A stretch of DNA of 64,000 nucleotides. It comes from Methanomassiliicoccaceae archaeon. Lineage in GTDB: Archaea; Thermoplasmatota; Thermoplasmata; Methanomassiliicoccales; Methanomassiliicoccaceae. Below, in pieces: positions 1-10,686 of the stretch. A program made the position numbers and the translations under genes. The notes beneath the pieces are model-generated. The model made no database searches. It worked only from the letters and a program-made list of their open reading frames with translations, and had not been told where the DNA came from. Position 1 is the stretch's first letter, and each line of letters opens with the position of its first letter. The DNA is taken from NCBI GenBank assembly GCA_963728405.1, contig CAVSJV010000002.1, positions 64,001-128,000 of the forward strand, read 5' to 3'.

Positions 1-589
1 AGATTGGATGGGGCCTGCTCAGGACAGGGCTTCTCCACCAGGTCATCGATCAGATAGGTCCGTTCGCCGACCTTTGTTCCTTTGATGATGCCGTAGTCCC
101 TGATCTTCTCCCGGGCCACCGGTTCCACCGCGATGACCGAGCCCCCCTCTCTTTATGAACGTTGATGAGCTGCTTGACCACCGGGACCTTCGCCACATTG
201 ATGGTATCGCCGAGCATGACCACAAAGGGCTCGTTGCCCACATGTTGTTTGGCCAACAGAACGGCATCTCCCAGGCCGCGAGGGACCTTCTGGCGGATGA
301 AGTGGATGTTGGCCATGTCCGAGATGGCCCGGACCTCGCCGAGCTCCCTCTCCTGGCCCCGGTCCATGAGGAGCTTCTCCAGTTCAGGGGAGCTGTCGAA
401 GTGGTCCTCGATGGACCGCTTGCCTCGGCCGGTGATGATCAGAATGTCGGTGATGCCGGCGGCAACCGCCTCTTCCACCACGTACTGGATGGTGGGTTTG
501 TGGACCACCGGGAGCATTTCCTTGGGTTGTTCCTTGGTCATCGGCAGGAACCTGATGCCGAAACCGGCGGCGGGAATGACCGCTTTCAT
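1..589 (-). CDS. galU: UTP--glucose-1-phosphate uridylyltransferase (3' end off window; 1-nt deletion in G-run near 145)
   Basis: [27 protein letters not shown] signature; adding one G restores [14 protein letters not shown]...YGII...LVEKP. Confidence 0.92.
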
Positions 590-593
590 GGGA

Positions 594-1856
594 TCACCAG
601 CATATCCCTTCGTAGTTCTTGGTCTTTACGACCCCCCGGCCATCAACGACCATCTTGTCTTCGTATAGTGCCGGGTCGGCGAACTCCTTCCATTCGGTGA
701 CGATAAGCACCGCGGCCGCTCCGTCCACGCACTCGCGGGCCGAGGAGCAGAAGGCGATATCCCGGAACTCTCGGCGGAAGTTGTCCATGCCCTTGGGATC
801 GTAGGCCTTGACCCTAGCCCCTCTCTGAAGGAGCCCCTTCACGACCGTCCGGGAGCTGGCCTCTCGTACATCGTCGGTGTCTGGCTTGAACGCCAGGCCC
901 AGGACCGCCACGGTGACGCCACGGACGTCCATATGCTTGTCCAGCAGGGCCAGCAACCGGTCCGGCTGGTGTTTGTTGACCTCCAGGGCGGCCGCCATGA
1001 GCCGTGGTTCCAGGCCCCTACGGCGAGCTTCGGCCACCAGGCCGGAGACGTCCTTGGGGAAGCAGGACCCGCCGAAGCCGCAGCCCGCTCTTAGGAAATA
1101 CGGCCCGATCCTTTGGTCCATGCCCATGCCCTTGGCCACATCCCGCACATCGATGCCCATGTCCTTGCAGATGTTGCCCAGCTCGTTGACGAAGGAGATC
1201 TTGGTGGCCAGGAAGGCGTTGGACGCCACCTTGACCATCTCCGCGGTGGAGGGTGGTACGGTCAGGAACGGGCAATCGAACGAAGCGTACAACGAACGGA
1301 CCAGTTCCGCCGCTCTGGCGTCATGAGAACCGATGACCACGCGGTCGGGGTTCATGAAATCATCGACCGCCATGCCTTCCTTGAGGAACTCAGGGTTCAC
1401 TGCCACCCCGAAGTCCCGACCGGCGGTCATGCCCGAGGCCCTTTCCAATATCGGAGTGACCAGTTTCTCGGTGGTCGTCGGGGTCACTGTGCTCTTGACC
1501 ACGACCACGTGGTAGGACCTTTTCATGGCCAGGACCTTGCCGACGTTCTCGGCGGCCTGCTCTATATAGGTCAGGTCCAGGGAGCCGTCGGGACGGGAAG
1601 GGGTCCCCACGGCTATGAAGGTGAGGTCGGTTCCGTTCACCGAAACGATGTCCAGGGTAGCGCGAAAATCCCCCTTGGCCAGATGCGCTTTCAGCATGTC
1701 ATCGAGCTTCGGCTCATAGATGGGCGCCCTGCCTGCGTTGATCGAACTTACCTTTTCGGGGACCACGTCGATGCAGGTGACATCATGTCCTAGCTCCGAG
1801 AGGCACAATCCCGTGACCAGGCCGACATATCCGGTTCCGATGATCGAGACTTTCAT
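594..1856 (-). CDS. ugd: UDP-glucose/GDP-mannose 6-dehydrogenase
   Basis: GTGYVG Rossmann motif, [18 protein letters not shown] catalytic Cys, [13 protein letters not shown]. Confidence 0.93.
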   Translation of the reverse strand: MKVSIIGTGYVGLVTGLCLSELGHDVTCIDVVPEKVSSINAGRAPIYEPKLDDMLKAHLAKGDFRATLDIVSVNGTDLTFIAVGTPSRPDGSLDLTYIEQAAENVGKVLAMKRSYHVVVVKSTVTPTTTEKLVTPILERASGMTAGRDFGVAVNPEFLKEGMAVDDFMNPDRVVIGSHDARAAELVRSLYASFDCPFLTVPPSTAEMVKVASNAFLATKISFVNELGNICKDMGIDVRDVAKGMGMDQRIGPYFLRAGCGFGGSCFPKDVSGLVAEARRRGLEPRLMAAALEVNKHQPDRLLALLDKHMDVRGVTVAVLGLAFKPDTDDVREASSRTVVKGLLQRGARVKAYDPKGMDNFRREFRDIAFCSSARECVDGAAAVLIVTEWKEFADPALYEDKMVVDGRGVVKTKNYEGICW

Positions 1857-2194
1857 TCTACTACTTCCATCCCGCTTTGTCGCTCACCATCTGGAAGGGG
1901 CCATATTATCTTTTCGTGCGCGAGAAGTTCCCTCTCAAGGGACAGGATGGATCGCGCCTTGTATCGACCGGGAAGCGCTCATGTCGATCGGATGGAACTT
2001 CCTGCCTCGGCCGTTATCGCTCCGCGGATGGCCTGTGGGAAGTGGGGGGAGATCTCCGGACGGTCCGACCTTGCTTTCGACCGGACGATAACATGGGGTC
2101 CATTGAGCAATTCCGCGGGCTCCTGCCCCCGTTCTCCAAAGCTAACTCCCTCACATAAAGTTAAGAATGCGCCCGTCATGGCCTTTCCTTAACG

Positions 2195-3499
2195 ATGTTC
2201 GAGAGAATAGCGCGCTTCGCTAATGCCGAGGGAATGGCGGGGCCGGCGTTCGTCATGATCATCGCCACGGTCGTCGGCGGTGGATGCAACTTCCTGTTCC
2301 AGGTGATGATGGCCAACCTAGTTCCCACCGATCTGGCGGAGCTGAACACTCTGCTGGCCATCTTATACATCGTGACCGTACCGGCGAGCGCGGTCCAGAG
2401 CGTCCTTATTCGATATGTTTCCAAGTATAATGCGCAGGGCCGGGACGATGTGATCTCCTGGCTGATGAAACGCATTCTTATCTACACTGCAGTGGCGGGG
2501 ACGGTCATAGCGATACTGCTCATCCTGGTCCTGAATATGTCAGAGGTAAGGTCGACCCTCAAGCTCACCTCCACATTGCCCGTATTATTGTTGGCCATCG
2601 GCGTGCTGATATCGCTAGTCATGCCGGTAGGCCATGGGCCCCTGCAGGGTCTGCAGCGTTTCACCTCATATGGCTTGCTCAACGTTGGCAATTATGTCCT
2701 GAAACTCTCGTTCGGGGTCGGCCTGGTACTGCTCGGCTTCAGCGTCTCGGGCGCAGTGGGGGGTGTCGTGATCGGTCTGGCCTTTGCGGCAGGCCTGTCG
2801 TTCATCCTGGTTCGCAAGTATCTCTTCATGCCGGGCACGCCGGTCGAGGGCAAGGAGATATGGTGGTTCACCCTCCCGGCCATGATCGGCGTGCTGTGCG
2901 TCACCATTCTGTCCCAGGTCGACGTCATCTTCGCTACCAGCCTAATGCCAAAAGAAGAGGCCAGCTATTATGCCGCGGCGTCCACTCTGGCCAAGATCAT
3001 ACTGTTCCTGCCGGGAGCAGTGTCCACGGTCATGTTCCCCAAGATATCGAAGGCCCATGCCGAGAGGGGGGAAACCCTTCGTATCCTCAAGACCGCTTTC
3101 ACCATGACCTTGGCCCTTTCTGGCCTAGTGGTGGCGGCGTACTTCTTGGCCCCTAACCTCATCCTTGACATCCTCATTCCCGGCAACCCCTATAAGGCGT
3201 TGATCGCTCCCATCCTCCAGTGGCTGGGGATCGCCATGTTGTTCCTCGGATTGGCCAATCTGTTCATGCTGTATGGCCTGGCCACCGACGGGCACGCTTA
3301 CATAACGATCATGGGGCTGTCGGTCCTGGTGCTGGTATCCCTTATAGCCGCCGTCGTGGCCAGCGGGGCGGTCTTCACCCCGATGATCCTGACCGCCATC
3401 ATGGTGCTCACCGGCCTGTTCATCGTGACCCTCAGCGGTATATACCTCATCATCATCGAGAGGGAGTGGCGGCCGCGGAGTTCCCGTCGGGCGAACTAG
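2195..3499 (+). CDS. Wzx/MOP-family oligosaccharide flippase
   Basis: About 12 hydrophobic helices, VDVIF...YYAAAS..AK..LF.P..VSTVMFP pattern; divergent from UDP-sugar genes. Confidence 0.8.
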   Translation: MFERIARFANAEGMAGPAFVMIIATVVGGGCNFLFQVMMANLVPTDLAELNTLLAILYIVTVPASAVQSVLIRYVSKYNAQGRDDVISWLMKRILIYTAVAGTVIAILLILVLNMSEVRSTLKLTSTLPVLLLAIGVLISLVMPVGHGPLQGLQRFTSYGLLNVGNYVLKLSFGVGLVLLGFSVSGAVGGVVIGLAFAAGLSFILVRKYLFMPGTPVEGKEIWWFTLPAMIGVLCVTILSQVDVIFATSLMPKEEASYYAAASTLAKIILFLPGAVSTVMFPKISKAHAERGETLRILKTAFTMTLALSGLVVAAYFLAPNLILDILIPGNPYKALIAPILQWLGIAMLFLGLANLFMLYGLATDGHAYITIMGLSVLVLVSLIAAVVASGAVFTPMILTAIMVLTGLFIVTLSGIYLIIIEREWRPRSSRRAN

Positions 3500-4539
3500 A
3501 TCTTGGGCAGCACTACATGGAAGACGCTGCCCTTGGTGTAATCGCCGGGCACGGTGTTCTCCACCCATATCTTGCCATTATGGCGTTCGACCAGGGCCCG
3601 GGCCAACGCCAGGCTCAATCCGCTCCCCCGGATCTTCTTCTGCTTATCCAGTCGGTCGAAGCGCATGAACAGGAATTCCTTCTTATCATCCGGTATGCCC
3701 CGACCGTTGTCCGTGAACATAAGATGCCAGTGCTCGCCCTCGTCCACCAGGTCGACGGATACGCGAGGTGAGTCCGAATACCGGACCGCATTGGTCAGGA
3801 TGATGCGGAAGACCTCCTCCAGTCCGGGCTCCGCAGCCACACGGTGAGCCCCGGCGGGAATGCGGTCCTGGATATCGGACGGCTTACCCGCGTTCGCCTC
3901 CAGCACCGAGGCCATGGCCTCCTCCACGGACGGCCGCAGGTCTAGGATCTCCGTCGCCCGCAGTGGGCTGGTCTCCAGTTGGCGAAGCGTCCTAGCGGTG
4001 TCTATCATATGGTTGAGCGCCTCGGTCTGGCGCACTGATGTGTCGACGTACTTCTGCAACTTTTCCCGCGGCAGTTCTTGAGATTGGATCATCTGCAGAT
4101 AGCCGTAGACGGCGGTGATATAGTTCGGAGCGTCATGGGTCAGAAGTTCGTGGTACACTTCCAATCGGTCGGTCCTCTTCTTCAACATATCCTCCGAACG
4201 GAGGAACGATCTGAACAGGCGAACGAAGTCGGCCACCAGTTCGCAACCGGTCGAGTAGAGGCATATCAGGGTCCTATCCTCAGGCAGTCCCAGTAGGACC
4301 ATGCCTGGCTGAACAGTGCCGGAGGACAGCTCCACCAATCGCTCCGATTCTAGAGGCAGGGCGGGCGCTCCATACTTCCGCAGTTCCGGGGCGAGGTCGT
4401 TCCGGGACATCCAGGCCTGGCCTTCCATGTTGGCGATGATGGCCTCGCCCTTGTTATCGACAATGAACGCCGGGAACCTGGCCTCGGCGAACGCCAGGGG
4501 CCAAGCGGTTTCCAAATTCTCTCCGAGCGGTGAGCCCAT
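3496..4539 (-). CDS. Cytoplasmic sensor histidine kinase
   Basis: H-box LTHDAPNYITAVYGY, N-box LTNAVRYS, DNGRGIP, GSGLSL; RBS GGAGAGGT before Met at 4539; no adjacent response regulator. Confidence 0.88.
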   Translation of the reverse strand: MGSPLGENLETAWPLAFAEARFPAFIVDNKGEAIIANMEGQAWMSRNDLAPELRKYGAPALPLESERLVELSSGTVQPGMVLLGLPEDRTLICLYSTGCELVADFVRLFRSFLRSEDMLKKRTDRLEVYHELLTHDAPNYITAVYGYLQMIQSQELPREKLQKYVDTSVRQTEALNHMIDTARTLRQLETSPLRATEILDLRPSVEEAMASVLEANAGKPSDIQDRIPAGAHRVAAEPGLEEVFRIILTNAVRYSDSPRVSVDLVDEGEHWHLMFTDNGRGIPDDKKEFLFMRFDRLDKQKKIRGSGLSLALARALVERHNGKIWVENTVPGDYTKGSVFHVVLPKI

Positions 4540-4645
4540 TTTGACCTCTCCAGTACGATGAGAATTCGTTATGATGATATATTGATGCCGACCTCCGGCA
4601 AGATTTATCATTCCCGAGCATCCTCATTGCCATGGGGCGACCGGT

Positions 4646-6226
4646 ATGACATTCAAGAACGAGGAGACATATCAGCGGATGGCCGGACAGGGGAACACGG
4701 GATCTTTTCATTCCGCATACGAAAGGGCTGCCGACCGACTGCTAGGCCAGGTCAGGACCGCGGAGATCGACTACCCCAATCATATCGATGGCAAGCCCCG
4801 GCTGTCCGATAGGCAGTTCAAGGACCTCAGCCCGGGGGACGATTCACTGGTGGTCGGCCTGTTCCAGAAAGGTACGAGAAATGATGTCGCTGAGGCCATT
4901 CGTTCCTCCAAGCACGCGTTCGAGCTATGGTCCCGGGAGGATTGGGAGGAAAGGGTCAGGGTGTTCGAGAGGGCGTCCGACCTCTTGCGCCGTCAGAAGT
5001 ATGAACTGGCCGCGGCGATAACCTTGGACAATGGAAAGAACAGGTTCGAAGCGATGGCGGATGTGGATGAGGCCATTGACTTCATCGATTACTATTGCTC
5101 GGAGATGCGTCGCCATAACGGTTACGTCCGGGTGAGCGATCCCCCCTTCCCCGATGAGGATGTCAAGATCATGCTTCGCCCCTACGGGACGTGGGCGGTC
5201 ATCTGTCCGTTCAATTTCCCTCTGGCCATCACCGCCGGCATGACCACCGGGGTCCTGATCACTGGCAACACCGCGGTCCTTAAACCCTCCTCCACGGCCC
5301 CCCTGCCAGTCCATCTGTTATATGAGGTCCTGGCCAAGGCCGGCCTCCCCGATGGGGCGCTCAACCTGGTGGCTGGTCCGGGCGGAGAGGTCGGCGACGC
5401 CCTGGCCAAGAGCCCGGAGATCGATGGGGTGGTTTTCACCGGTTCTCTGCAGGTGGGCATGGACATAATCAAGGAATCGCCACCCGGGAGGCAAAGGCCG
5501 GTCATCGCCGAGATGGGCAGTAAGAACCCGGTGATCGTGAGCGGGGAGGCCGACCTCGATGCGGCCGCCCAGGGGATAATATCTTCGGCCTTCGGCTATT
5601 CAGGGCAGAAATGCTCGGCCTGTTCCCGCCTGTATGTCCATCGGTCGGTGCACGACGAGCTCATGGGCCGTCTGGTCGAGATGACCGAGGAGCTGGTAGT
5701 GGGAGACCCCTTTTCCAAGGACACTTTCCTCGGTCCGGTCATCACCACGAAGGCGATGCAGGACTATCTGAAGTGGTGCGAGATGGGTCGCCGTGACGGT
5801 AAGGTCCTTACGGGCGGTATGCGGCTCGAACAGGGCGACCTGGCTCGAGGTCATTATGTAGCTCCGACCATCGTCGATGCGCTCCCGGCCGATCACGAGC
5901 TCGTCAAGCGTGAACTGTTCGTGCCATTATTATGTGTGCAGAGCTTCGACAGCATGCAGGACGCGCTTGCCATGGCGAACTCGACCGAGTTCGGGCTGAC
6001 CGCGGGCATATTCTCGAGGAACGAGGTCGAGGTGAAGTACTTCTTTGACAACATTCAGTTCGGCGTCGTGTATGCCAACCGCAAGCGGGGAGGCTCTACC
6101 GGGGCCATGGTGGGGGGTCAGGCCTTCAGCGGATGGAGGTCCTCTGGCTCCACCGGCAAGGGAACTGGCTCCAACCACTACCTGCAGCAGTTTCTACGGG
6201 AGCAGAGCCGCACCGAGTGCCGCTAG
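4646..6226 (+). CDS. Aldehyde dehydrogenase, 1-pyrroline-5-carboxylate dehydrogenase (RocA/PutA-like)
   Basis: PFNFPLAI, FTGS, AEMGSKN, SAFGYSGQKCSACSR, STGAMVGGQAFSG. Confidence 0.87.
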   Translation: MTFKNEETYQRMAGQGNTGSFHSAYERAADRLLGQVRTAEIDYPNHIDGKPRLSDRQFKDLSPGDDSLVVGLFQKGTRNDVAEAIRSSKHAFELWSREDWEERVRVFERASDLLRRQKYELAAAITLDNGKNRFEAMADVDEAIDFIDYYCSEMRRHNGYVRVSDPPFPDEDVKIMLRPYGTWAVICPFNFPLAITAGMTTGVLITGNTAVLKPSSTAPLPVHLLYEVLAKAGLPDGALNLVAGPGGEVGDALAKSPEIDGVVFTGSLQVGMDIIKESPPGRQRPVIAEMGSKNPVIVSGEADLDAAAQGIISSAFGYSGQKCSACSRLYVHRSVHDELMGRLVEMTEELVVGDPFSKDTFLGPVITTKAMQDYLKWCEMGRRDGKVLTGGMRLEQGDLARGHYVAPTIVDALPADHELVKRELFVPLLCVQSFDSMQDALAMANSTEFGLTAGIFSRNEVEVKYFFDNIQFGVVYANRKRGGSTGAMVGGQAFSGWRSSGSTGKGTGSNHYLQQFLREQSRTECR

Positions 6227-6377
6227 GGCCGCGGCCACCGACCGGGCGTCCTGGGGCTGATGCGGGGCGCTGAGGAATGGGCAGAGTCTATCTACGTCTA
6301 TAGGAAATTACCGTGCATCGAGGTCAGCGCCCTGACCTAGCTAAATGATTTAAAGTCGATGTTCCGTAGTAGCGCCG

Positions 6378-7043
6378 ATGCTGGGTCTGGAGGAGGTGAT
6401 CGGCCTGGAAGTGATCAGCTCAGATGCGCGGGTCATCGGAACGGTCGAGGGAGTGGGCATCGACCTGGCCGGCTGGAAGGTCCGCGCGTTGCGGGTCGGT
6501 CTCCGACGAGGCATGGAAGAGATGATAGGCCGAAAGCGGCGGTACTTCGCCGTTGACAAGGTCTACATCCGGACCTCAGAGCTTCAGGCGGTCTCCGATG
6601 CGATAATCATGCACAGGCCGGTCTCGGCCATTGCCGACGTCATTCAACCTGAAGGAGAGACCCTGACCCCGGCGGGGGCGTTCATGGGCATGCGGGTCAT
6701 CTGCTGCAACGCCCGGTTCGTTGGCAACGTCGATAACCTGCTCATGGATCCCGAAAAGGAGTGGACGATCCCCTTCATCCAGGTAAAATTGGAACGGGAT
6801 GCCATGGAGCAGCTCAACATGCATCATTCATTCATGGGCTCCTCGCTGATCAACATCCGGACCTCGGACATTAAGGCCATCGGGGACATGGTGATCATGT
6901 CGGTCACCTTGGACGAGCTAAAAAAAGATCTGAGCGAAAAGGTACAGATGGCTCAGCATGGAGCGGGTGGTGGGGCGAGGGCCGAGGCCAAGGACGATGA
7001 TCACACCGAACAAAAGGTCCTGGGGCAGGAGATCGTTAGATAG
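6378..7043 (+). CDS. Tandem PRC-barrel domain protein
   Basis: Two units: IGLEVISSDARVIGTV..V.ID...WKV and MGMRVI..NARFVGNV..L.MD....W.I...IKAIGDMV. Confidence 0.75.
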   Translation: MLGLEEVIGLEVISSDARVIGTVEGVGIDLAGWKVRALRVGLRRGMEEMIGRKRRYFAVDKVYIRTSELQAVSDAIIMHRPVSAIADVIQPEGETLTPAGAFMGMRVICCNARFVGNVDNLLMDPEKEWTIPFIQVKLERDAMEQLNMHHSFMGSSLINIRTSDIKAIGDMVIMSVTLDELKKDLSEKVQMAQHGAGGGARAEAKDDDHTEQKVLGQEIVR

Positions 7044-7127
7044 TGGCTTGAAATCAAATTCAATATTCACATTGAGATAATTTTATAACAACATGCCGTG
7101 GCATCGTTCCCAAGTAAGCGTTGGTGA

Positions 7128-9455
7128 ATGAAAATGGCCCGCGGTCGATTCCTCCCCGTAATGATATGTCTGATGGTACTATTGAGCTCCCTGGGTTCCC
7201 TGGCCCTACCAGGTGGCCAGGCCATGCTTACCTCTCCGCCCCCTCCATCCCTCCAACCCATCGCTATATACGACGAAAGCGACCTCCAGTCGATGGCCCT
7301 GGTCGAGGATTGCTACGGGTCCGGTTCATCCGTCGACCCGTATGTGCTGGAAAACCGGACCATCGCCTGGGACAGCGCGGGAGCGGCCATCTATATCGCC
7401 AATACGACATCCCACCTGCTGATACGTAACTGTACCCTGACCGGTGCGCCAGTATCGATCATGCCCTACTCCTATGGTGTCCAGATCACCAACTCCTCTA
7501 ACGTTAGGATCGATCGCTGTTCCATTCAGAACTTTAACGGACAAATCTTGGTCGGAACCGACGGCCAGGTCGGAGGTTGTGAGGATATCACCATCTCTAA
7601 CTGCTCCCTCTTCGGCCCAAGCAGCAATTTGGGGGGTACTGTCATCGACCTGAAGACCGTCTCTAACGCGGTAGTGGAAGACAACCTGGTGACCGGGGGA
7701 TATACTGGCATCAATCTGTTCAATGTCGCAGACTGCCGGGTGAGCGGCAACAACATCTCCTATAATAACGGCAATGGCCTCTTCCTTTCCAGTACCAGCG
7801 CCCACAACATCATCGAGGGCAACCTGATCGCTAGCAACGGGCTCGGTGGGCTGAGCGGAGCGGTAATGGCCGTGGAGGGCTCGAACAACCTGTTCTACGG
7901 CAACGCCTTTGTGTCATGGTCAAGAACTGACCCCTACTATGCCCCCGTCTCCCTGATGACGAACAACCATAATCTCTGGAACTCTACCGAGGGAGTGGGC
8001 AACTACTGGGGCAATCAGTGGGACAGCACGCTCGGCGGTAACGAGAGCTTCATCGGCCACTCCGTGGACTGGAATGGCCAGGTCCTGCAGCAGCATGTGA
8101 TCGGTTCTTGGATCAATGAGATCGATCATCATCCCTGCCGCTACATCATCGACGCTCCGGCCATCGCCCCGCCAGTTATTACTGCGGGCGAAGTGACCAT
8201 CTCTTGGTCCGCGCCAAGTTACACCCTCGGTCCAGTCATATCCTCATATGTGGTCGTACGCAGCGATGGAGTGAGATTTTCGGTCGCTGCCAACGCCCTA
8301 TCCTATGTCGACGGCATGACCGGTGAGTGGTCGTCCTATAGCTACGCCGTACAGGCCCAGAACGCCTGGGGGGCCGGTGGGGTCGGAACATCCTCCATCG
8401 CCCAGAACATGGAGAGGCCAAGCTTGTCCATCATCTCGGCCCTGAACAACACCTGGGACGCCTGGACCGATGTGACCAACCCCTATGCCATCAGTCCCAA
8501 GAACATACTGGTGGAGTGGAGGGGCTACGATTCCAACTCGGCCTTGCCTCTCCAAGAGCTCTCCCACTACTGGGTGACCTTGGACAACTCCACCTGGCTA
8601 GATGTGGGGCCGGCGACCAATTACACATTTGATAAGATCGTCGAGGGGAAGCACGCCGTCCAGGTCAAAGGACAGGATGCGGACGGGAACATCGTCCTCG
8701 CCGAGAAGGCCTTCTCCGTCTATCGCCTCCTCGAGGTATCCATGGACTTGGACGCGATAAAGGCCACCCTGGGCTCGGACGTGACCGCATCGGTGACCGT
8801 CATTGACTATGCCACCGGTCAGCCCCTGTCGCAAGTTGCGGTCGACTTTTACCAGTCCGTCGACGGCGGCATGACCTACGGAACGAACAAGTTCGCCTCC
8901 GGCAGCACCGACAACGGTGGAAAGGTCACCGTGAGCTTCATCCCGGCGTCCACCTCCAATTATGTGATCCAAGCTCGGGCCGCTATGGGGAACGTCATGG
9001 GGGTCTCCACGAGGCAATATGTCGCCAACGTTTCCCTGACCGTTGCCCCGTACGAAGGCAAGAACGCCTTTTCCGTGCTCTCTACCTCAATGGTGACCGA
9101 TCTATCCTTCGATTCCATCACCAAGGTCCTGCGGTTCACGGTCAGCGGACCTACCGGAACGACCGGGGAAACGAAAGTGTCGATCGCCAAGTCCCTGGTG
9201 GCCGATGGCCATAGCGTCAACGTGAGCCTGGACCAGAACGCCGTCGAGTACACCGTTACCTCAATGGGCGATTACTGGGTGCTCACCTTCACCTATCATC
9301 ATTCCACCCACGCGATCGCGGTAGGGATGCCGACCCTCGGCACCCAGGCCCCCGGAGGGGTTCTGGGTCTGGATCCCCTGCTGCTGGTCGGCCTCATTAG
9401 CGTGGTCGTGGTGGTCCTGGTGGGTGTATTCCTGGTGCGTCGCCGCAAGACCTGA
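7128..9455 (+). CDS. Secreted, C-terminally anchored surface protein (NosD-like beta-helix, FN3, Ig-like domains)
   Basis: Signal peptide, N/I/G-rich parallel beta-helix repeats, GNYW motif, FN3 ISWSAP...Y.VQAQNAWG, C-terminal TM followed by RRRKT. Confidence 0.85.
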   Translation: MKMARGRFLPVMICLMVLLSSLGSLALPGGQAMLTSPPPPSLQPIAIYDESDLQSMALVEDCYGSGSSVDPYVLENRTIAWDSAGAAIYIANTTSHLLIRNCTLTGAPVSIMPYSYGVQITNSSNVRIDRCSIQNFNGQILVGTDGQVGGCEDITISNCSLFGPSSNLGGTVIDLKTVSNAVVEDNLVTGGYTGINLFNVADCRVSGNNISYNNGNGLFLSSTSAHNIIEGNLIASNGLGGLSGAVMAVEGSNNLFYGNAFVSWSRTDPYYAPVSLMTNNHNLWNSTEGVGNYWGNQWDSTLGGNESFIGHSVDWNGQVLQQHVIGSWINEIDHHPCRYIIDAPAIAPPVITAGEVTISWSAPSYTLGPVISSYVVVRSDGVRFSVAANALSYVDGMTGEWSSYSYAVQAQNAWGAGGVGTSSIAQNMERPSLSIISALNNTWDAWTDVTNPYAISPKNILVEWRGYDSNSALPLQELSHYWVTLDNSTWLDVGPATNYTFDKIVEGKHAVQVKGQDADGNIVLAEKAFSVYRLLEVSMDLDAIKATLGSDVTASVTVIDYATGQPLSQVAVDFYQSVDGGMTYGTNKFASGSTDNGGKVTVSFIPASTSNYVIQARAAMGNVMGVSTRQYVANVSLTVAPYEGKNAFSVLSTSMVTDLSFDSITKVLRFTVSGPTGTTGETKVSIAKSLVADGHSVNVSLDQNAVEYTVTSMGDYWVLTFTYHHSTHAIAVGMPTLGTQAPGGVLGLDPLLLVGLISVVVVVLVGVFLVRRRKT

Positions 9456-9465
9456 GCGCCAAAAC

Positions 9466-9492
9466 CTCTTTACTTCCTCTTTTATTTTTTTC
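9466..9492 (+). terminator. Oligo-T archaeal terminator
   Basis: CTCTTTACTTCCTCTTTTATTTTTTTC just after stop at 9455. Confidence 0.55.
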
Positions 9493-9526
9493 ATGACAAT
9501 CTTTTTTAACAGCGTCACCCAATCAT

Positions 9527-9766
9527 GTGGCGATGGCCGACCTTCGGACCTGCTCCCATTGTGGCAAGAACTTCAAGCCAAGATTCTTCTTGGCCATCAA
9601 GCTGGGCACCAAGCGATTGGAGCGTTGCCCCCACTGCCACAAGCTGACCGATGTTTACGCTCCTCCCAAGGTGGAGGAGAAGCAGGAGCACCGGGAGATG
9701 GCCGTAAATACGGACGAGGCCCTAAGGCGCCGGATCGAGGAGAGTCGATTGGAGGAGAGCCGATGA
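9527..9766 (+). CDS. Small zinc-ribbon protein
   Basis: CSHC...CPHC; stop overlaps ABC ATPase start (ATGA). Confidence 0.7.
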   Translation: MAMADLRTCSHCGKNFKPRFFLAIKLGTKRLERCPHCHKLTDVYAPPKVEEKQEHREMAVNTDEALRRRIEESRLEESR

Positions 9767-10686
9767 TCGAGGCCCGGAACCTGACCCGCAAGTTCGGCGG
9801 GGCGACCGCAGTGGACTCCCTGGATCTGACCATAAATGATGGGGAGGTCTTCGGCTTCATCGGTCCTAACGGCGCCGGTAAGACCACCACCATCCGCATG
9901 ATGACCTGCCTTATCTCTCCGACCAGTGGGTCGGTCCTGATCAACGGGCTGGACGTCAACCGCCCCGATGAGGCTCTGCAGATCCGTTCGAAGATCGGCT
10001 TCCTGCCCGAGGTCCCCGGCCTATACGAGACATTGTCCGCATACAAGAACCTCGACTTCTATGCCGCTCTCTACGACGTGCCGGCCGATAAGCGGGAAAG
10101 GCGCATCAAGGAGCTACTGGAAACCCTGGGCATCTGGAACCGCAAGGACGACATCGTGGGCAAGTTCTCCAAGGGCATGAAGCAGAAGATCGCCATAGCC
10201 CGTGCCCTGGTCCATGAACCCGAGTTCCTGTTCCTGGACGAGCCGACCTCTGGCCTGGACCCCGAGGCGTCCCTTACCGTCCGCACTTTCCTGCTGGAAC
10301 TGAAGAAGGAAGGGCGGACCATCTTCATCAATACTCATAACCTCGACGATGCCGAACGGCTCTGCGACACGATCGGAGTGATGAAGACCCGCCTGCTCGC
10401 GACCGGATCCCCGGCCGAGCTGTCTCGCATGTTCTGGGGACACACCACCGTGATTCATTTGCGTTCCTCATCCGCGGCCCTGGTCGCAGCTGTCAGGGAC
10501 GTGAGCGGCGTTACCGCCGTGCAGGAGTTCGAGGGCAAGTTGCTCATCGATGTCACCGACCCGGAATCGGTCAATCCTGAGATAATCAAGTGCCTCTTAA
10601 AGAATGGAGCTCAGATCGTCTTCGTTAACGAGCTCAAGCGTGGTCTCGAGGACGTCTACCTTCGCCTGCTGGGGGGAAAACAATGA
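9763..10686 (+). CDS. ABC-2 type transporter ATP-binding subunit
   Basis: GPNGAGKTT, FSKGMKQK, LFLDEPTSGLD. Confidence 0.92.
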   Translation: MIEARNLTRKFGGATAVDSLDLTINDGEVFGFIGPNGAGKTTTIRMMTCLISPTSGSVLINGLDVNRPDEALQIRSKIGFLPEVPGLYETLSAYKNLDFYAALYDVPADKRERRIKELLETLGIWNRKDDIVGKFSKGMKQKIAIARALVHEPEFLFLDEPTSGLDPEASLTVRTFLLELKKEGRTIFINTHNLDDAERLCDTIGVMKTRLLATGSPAELSRMFWGHTTVIHLRSSSAALVAAVRDVSGVTAVQEFEGKLLIDVTDPESVNPEIIKCLLKNGAQIVFVNELKRGLEDVYLRLLGGKQ